Assembly (NCBI GenBank): GCA_965261085.1
Contig: OZ253442.1
Coordinates: 704,001-768,000, forward strand
Source of the DNA: a bacterium
Lineage (GTDB): Bacteria > UBA8248
DNA length: 64,000 bases
Reading direction: 5' to 3'
Of the stretch, positions 59,734 to 64,000 are shown piece after piece. The first letter of the stretch is position 1. Each line of letters begins with the position of its first letter. The translations under genes and the position numbers were made by a program. The notes under the pieces are model-generated. The model was given only the letters and a program-made list of their open reading frames with translations, was not told where the DNA came from and made no database searches.

Positions 59734-60618
59734 CTAGGACACTCCGAGATACAGCAGAAGCAGGGGCGTGGTGATGAGGCTCAGCGCCGTACCCGTGAAC
59801 ACGATGGAGGCGGCCAAGGAGCCTTCCTCCCCGTAGCGTTCTGCGAAAATATAGTTCAGCACGGCGGGCGGGCTGCACGACATCAGGAAAAGCGCCGCGC
59901 GGAACACGCCCGTGAGCGCGAAGGCCTCACACAGCGCCCAGGCCAGCGAGAAGCCGATTCCGAAGCGGAGCGCCGCCACCAGGAGGCTGACACGGAAATC
60001 CGACACCCGGATGGAGCGAAGCCTGTAGCCCAGCGTGAAGAGCTCCACCGGGAACATGCCGCGCCCCGTCAGGTGCGTGAAGCGCATGATGAACTTGGGG
60101 ACGGGAACCGCCGCCAGCGCCACGATGATGCCCGCTATCGCCGCATAGAGGGCGGGCATCTTGAGGGGTTCCTTGATGCTCGTGCCGCCGCCGTGGGCCA
60201 TGATGCCCAAGGAGAAGGTGATGAAGACGTTCGGGATGGAGAGCATCACCACATGCGCCAGGCCCTCCTCGCCGAAGGCCAGAAGCGCCAGGGGATAGGG
60301 CAGCGAGACGGAGTTCATGAGCATCACGCTGGGCACGAAGGAGCGATGCGTCATGCCCGTCGCGCGCTTGACGGCGTAGGCGATTGCGCCGGGAATGATA
60401 TGAATCAGAATGGAGAAGACGCCCACCTTGAGCAACTCCTCCCACAGAATGTGCTGGCGCGCCAGGGCGTCGAACATCACGGCGGGCGCGAGCAGAAACA
60501 GGACCATTTCGGCCAGGACCCTGGGTTCGAGCTTTTTCCACCGGCCGTAGAGGAAGCCGATGCAGACCAGGGCCATGACCGGAAAAACGATGTTCAAAAG
60601 CGGTAAGATGGAAGACAT
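59734..60618 (-). CDS. AEC family transporter
   Basis: Multi-TM; N...L.YPL...AFG.EG, P..LFTLG, PPAV..Y.FA.RY. Confidence 0.88.
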   Translation of the reverse strand: MSSILPLLNIVFPVMALVCIGFLYGRWKKLEPRVLAEMVLFLLAPAVMFDALARQHILWEELLKVGVFSILIHIIPGAIAYAVKRATGMTHRSFVPSVMLMNSVSLPYPLALLAFGEEGLAHVVMLSIPNVFITFSLGIMAHGGGTSIKEPLKMPALYAAIAGIIVALAAVPVPKFIMRFTHLTGRGMFPVELFTLGYRLRSIRVSDFRVSLLVAALRFGIGFSLAWALCEAFALTGVFRAALFLMSCSPPAVLNYIFAERYGEEGSLAASIVFTGTALSLITTPLLLLYLGVS

Positions 60619-60667
60619 GCTTTTGTTGAAAATCCCCTTGTTACGCAAAAGAGGCTGAGTATACATA

Positions 60668-60804
60668 CCGCTCCTTCGGGTAGCCACCCCTAAGAGGTGG
60701 CTACGGCGTCAAGAGCTTTCTCCCGAACGCACTCCGCCGAGGGCCATCCTTTCGGTTGGGGGTCTTTCATACTCACGGGGGAAGCCGCCCGGGCCGGGGA
60801 GAAT
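60668..60804 (+). ncRNA. Candidate structured RNA of unknown family
   Basis: Perfect GTAGCCACC/GGTGGCTAC hairpin and TTCTCCC/GGGAGAA long-range helix downstream of TTGTTA...TATACA promoter-like hexamers. Confidence 0.35.
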
Positions 60805-60894
60805 TTGCGCGTACGCGCAAGCGCGAGTTAGCCTGTGGATGGTTCTCGCAGGATCGTTTTTTTGCGTTTCTTTATTCCGGAGGAGTTTTGAAAA

Positions 60895-61332
60895 ATGCCG
60901 AAAGTGGATCACCTGGGTTACGCCGTGAGCAATCTGGATGAGAAGAAGAACGTGATGGAGGATTTGCTGGGTTTCCGGTTTCTGGAGAGGAAGGTGTATG
61001 AGCGGCCCGGCAACACCGCCCGCCTCGATTTCTACGAGGCCGAAGGCGCCGTGATGGAATTGGTGGAGGCGAGCAATCCCGATGCGCCGCTCAATCGGTT
61101 CATCGCCGCACGCGGCGAGGGGCTGCACCACATCTGCTTCGTCGTCGAGGATTTAAGAGCCACGATGGCCGAATGGGAAGCCAAGGGGGTGGAGTTCACC
61201 CTCGCGCCCACCTATGGTTCGCGCGGCGGCGTCATCGCCTTCACGAACGCCGCCACCACGGGCGGCCTCGCGATAGAGCTGGTGCAGTACGTCCCCGAGG
61301 GGGAGGAAATACCCGACTGGGCGCAGAAGTAG
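60895..61332 (+). CDS. VOC family protein, methylmalonyl-CoA epimerase-like
   Basis: VDHLGYAV, MELVE, RGEGLHHICF.V, GG..IELVQ; GGAGG RBS. Confidence 0.85.
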   Translation: MPKVDHLGYAVSNLDEKKNVMEDLLGFRFLERKVYERPGNTARLDFYEAEGAVMELVEASNPDAPLNRFIAARGEGLHHICFVVEDLRATMAEWEAKGVEFTLAPTYGSRGGVIAFTNAATTGGLAIELVQYVPEGEEIPDWAQK

Positions 61333-61580
61333 GGGAGCGTCTTTCATAAAGGCGGGCCTTGCGTGCGAGGCGAAACCGGATGCCGGGTGGTTCTACCGGA
61401 AAATGATGCGTGGATTCGATAAAGAGGGGAGGTGGTGTTTCCCGGTTTATTCGTATCCTCATGTGATGAAGAGTGTGTCCGTAAAGAAACGGTGAAGCCC
61501 CGCTAAAGAAATTGTAAAGCTTGTTCAAAAACACCTTTTTACGCTTGACAAGTCAGGTTCAATCCCCCACTATTTTACCC

Positions 61581-61697
61581 GGCATACAATCCATGTGTGG
61601 TCGGTTTCACGGGCTGCCCGTTGAATACAAGACGACTCTTCCCGAGAGTTGAAATAGGCGGGAACCCACTTTTCTTCCAAATCGTGGATTGTATGCC
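61581..61697 (+). ncRNA. Candidate multi-hairpin RNA
   Basis: 13-bp perfect closing stem GGCATACAATCCA/TGGATTGTATGCC enclosing two hairpins each followed by TGAA; TTGACA at 61545. Confidence 0.45.
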
Positions 61698-61968
61698 AAC
61701 CAGCCCGGACTTTGTCCGCAGGCTCGAATGAATCAATCCGCGTGTGGAATTGGGAGGATTGTATGGGTCATGCGGCTTCATGATGAGTGCAACCATCTAA
61801 AATTATAAAAGCGGCTTTTTGTTTATGAAATTGATGTCAGGAGTGCATTTTAGGAGATAATGACCGTTTGGTCAAATGGGGGAATCAGTTGTTGCGGTGG
61901 AAGCGCCGCCGCTTGCGGGACGAGCTTCAAGAGCGTGTTCGGAACGAACAGGAGAAGACGGAGTATTT

Positions 61969-62066
61969 GGGGGTTACTCATTAACCGCTTGACCTCGTGG
62001 AGTCGCACTTCATTTCTTGTCGGATGGAATTCTTAGGCATGGAATGGAAAGTAATGAGTAACCCCC
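61969..62066 (+). repeat. Structured element copy A
   Basis: GGGGGTTACTCATTA...TAATGAGTAACCCCC 15-bp inverted repeat enclosing GCTTGACCTCGTGGAGT and a long hairpin. Confidence 0.85.
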
Positions 62067-62148
62067 TTCCTGTTCCGGCGCCGAGGCGGTGGACGGAGGG
62101 TGATTTTTCAAGGCGCATTCAGGGCGCGCAGGCGAAGAAGAAGAATCT

Positions 62149-62248
62149 GGGGGTTACTCATTAGCTGCTTGACCTCGTGGAGTAGCAAGTACCATTCCCT
62201 GTTCGAGTTGGGTCCTCTGGCGGGGAGTGGGAATAATGAGTAACCCCC
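62149..62248 (+). repeat. Structured element copy B
   Basis: Same 15-bp arms and 17-nt core as copy A, 180 bp downstream, different but pairable inner hairpin. Confidence 0.85.
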
Positions 62249-62635
62249 TCCTTCATCTTTCGGCGATGCGCGAGCGAGATTCAATGCGAAGCTGCGGAAA
62301 AGTTCCGACGGTTTTTTCATCAAGAGAAGCCATTCCGCGCTCCGGCCTCATCTTCTTTACCATTGCAGGTTTCGTACCTTCGATGTTAGCCGTTTTCGCG
62401 GTGGTCGGCAACAGGCCCGCTATCGGGTTCTCGCTCGATGTGAATGTTGGACGGCGTCCGCCCGGGTTTCATGTGGATTACTGTGCGGTTTGTTTCCATG
62501 GTGGCCGGCCATGGATAATGGATGGCTGCGTTCGGGGAGGATGATGATATAATTGCGAGGAAATGCAGCAGTTTCCCGAACAGCATGAAACAAGGATTTT
62601 TTCTCGAAAATAGAAATCCACGTAGGAGACCGGGA

Positions 62636-62941
62636 ATGACATGCTATCGTGTGGAAATCAAAATGAAGGTTCCCATCCTGGTGGAAAAGGATGCACCGGG
62701 ATACGTTTCGCATTGTCCACCCCTTGATATCTTCAGCCAGGGAAAAACTAAAAAAGAAGCCAAGGAAAACCTCATTGAAGCGATGCAGTTGTTCATCGAA
62801 TCCTGCTTCGAACGCGGCACGTTGGATTCTGTTCTCAAAGGTTGCGGGCTTGCTCGTGATGGTGAAAAAATCCCTATAAGGAAAGATGTCGATTCAACGT
62901 ATATCAACCTTCCCTTGGTAGCTTCCGTCGGTAGTGAATAA
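62636..62941 (+). CDS. hicB: HicB family antitoxin (short form)
   Basis: YVSHCPPLDIFSQGKT..EA.ENL.EA..LF; AGGAG RBS. Confidence 0.85.
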   Translation: MTCYRVEIKMKVPILVEKDAPGYVSHCPPLDIFSQGKTKKEAKENLIEAMQLFIESCFERGTLDSVLKGCGLARDGEKIPIRKDVDSTYINLPLVASVGSE

Positions 62942-63164
62942 ACTTTCTCCCGTTGATTGGCGCAAACTCGTCAGGATTTTCGAAGCCGTGGGTTTCAGAA
63001 TAGACCGCCAGCGCGGTTCGCATATCGTCATGGTGAAAGACGGCGTGAATAGGCCAGTTGTAATTCCCAGAGTGAATGATGTGAAGGTGGGAGTTATCAG
63101 GGCCAATTTGAGGACGGCGCGAATCACGCTGGAAAAATACTTTGAATTGCTGGAGAAAGCGTAG
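62934..63164 (+). CDS. hicA: HicA family toxin
   Basis: GF...RQRGSH..M......VVIP; overlaps hicB end. Confidence 0.9.
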   Translation: MNKLSPVDWRKLVRIFEAVGFRIDRQRGSHIVMVKDGVNRPVVIPRVNDVKVGVIRANLRTARITLEKYFELLEKA

Positions 63165-63227
63165 ATCTCCTCCCGCTCTTCATGCAACGACTAGCTTCCA
63201 TGCCTCTCGATGAGCCGCTCACCCGCT

Positions 63228-64000
63228 TTATGACGCCCCGTCTTCTCCCGCACCGAAAAACGCGGCGATTTTGCCCAGCGACGCGGGAATATCCACGTCC
63301 CACTGGCGGTTCGAGCCGCCGCCGGTGTGGGGCAGCAGCACGGCGTTGGGCATCCCGATGAGCGGGCTGTCCGCAGGCAGGGGTTCATAGCGGTAGACGT
63401 CGAGCCCCGCCGTGGCGATCTCGCCCACTCTGAGCGCTTGGGCGAGCGCTTCTTCATCCACCAGGGCGCCCCGGCCCACGTTGATGAGGGTGGCCGTATT
63501 CTTCATGCGCGCGAGCTGTTCGGCGCCTATCATCCCCTCGCTCTCCTCTGTGTGCGGGAGGACGAGCACGAGATAATCCACACGCTCAAGCAGGTCGTCA
63601 AAGCCCAGATACGCGGCCTGGTATTCCGCCTCCACGTCGGGCGCGTGCCGCGTGCGCTGGTAGTAGAAGATTTTCATGTCGAAGGCCGCACAGCGCTTGG
63701 CGATGTCCATGCCGATGTCGCCCAGGCCGATGATGCCCACGCTCTGCCCGAAAAGTTCCGCCACGCCCGTGAGTTCCGGCCAGTTCGGGCGGATGTTCCA
63801 CTGGCTGGTGGCGACCGGTTCCTGCCCCATCTCGCGGTAGACGCCCGCCTCGACCGCCTTTTGCCCCAAAATCGTCTTGCGCTCGCAGCAGAGCATGAGG
63901 ACGAGGGCCTGCTCGGCCACCGTGGCGTTTCGCATGAGCGATTGCGTGCCGAGGGGGATTCCGCGCTCACGCGCCGCTTCCAAGTCGATGTTCTTGCAGT
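63228..64000 (-). CDS. D-isomer-specific 2-hydroxyacid dehydrogenase (5' truncated by window)
   Basis: VAEQAL, GIIGLGDIG, INVGRG.LVDE, AGLDVY..EPL, LLPH. Confidence 0.92.
   Translation of the reverse strand, partial: CKNIDLEAARERGIPLGTQSLMRNATVAEQALVLMLCCERKTILGQKAVEAGVYREMGQEPVATSQWNIRPNWPELTGVAELFGQSVGIIGLGDIGMDIAKRCAAFDMKIFYYQRTRHAPDVEAEYQAAYLGFDDLLERVDYLVLVLPHTEESEGMIGAEQLARMKNTATLINVGRGALVDEEALAQALRVGEIATAGLDVYRYEPLPADSPLIGMPNAVLLPHTGGGSNRQWDVDIPASLGKIAAFFGAGEDGAS

Noticed and set aside
61969-62248. Interpretation as integron attC sites, CRISPR array or Tn3 ends
   Set aside because: Arms do not fit RYYYAAC/GTTRRRY, there are only two units and no cas or intI genes, arms are 15 bp rather than 38 bp and there is no target duplication
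62227-62544. 105-aa ORF starting in element copy B
   Set aside because: No recognisable family and no similarity to the equivalent ORF after copy A beyond MSNPL

Overview
GC-rich bacterial chromosomal segment; the gene repertoire is suggestive, not diagnostic, of a Nitrospinota/Tectomicrobia-like marine or sponge-associated organism. The core content is rarA, a divergent pyrF, family-4 UDG, yicC-gmk-coaBC, rqcH/NFACT, hemW, a GAF-type sigma-54 activator, rimK-like, proA, a long A1-type cytochrome c oxidase operon with an ABC transporter, tRNA-Arg(ACG), SSS and TAXI-TRAP transporters, tandem-domain thyX, an RND efflux pair, hydrolases/oxidoreductases, queG, DedA and an AEC transporter. Several AT-richer one- or two-gene cassettes without integrases interrupt this core: higB-higA(ImmA) flanked by a duplicated rqcH 3' end, a Panacea antitoxin plus putative toxin behind the tRNA, a DUF6978-like/DUF1828-like pair splitting the RND operon, a NucS-like nuclease plus membrane protein, a VapBC45-like pair and hicBA. 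Several REP/MITE-like palindromic elements are present. The least explicable feature is a ~1.3 kb gene-poor island (61.3-62.6 kb) upstream of hicBA. It holds two ~100-nt three-way-junction elements exactly 180 bp apart (identical 15-bp closing stems, a conserved core, covarying G-U-rich hairpins, overlapping small ORFs) and a separate multi-hairpin RNA candidate. Family assignments are from motif recognition by eye; no database search was run.
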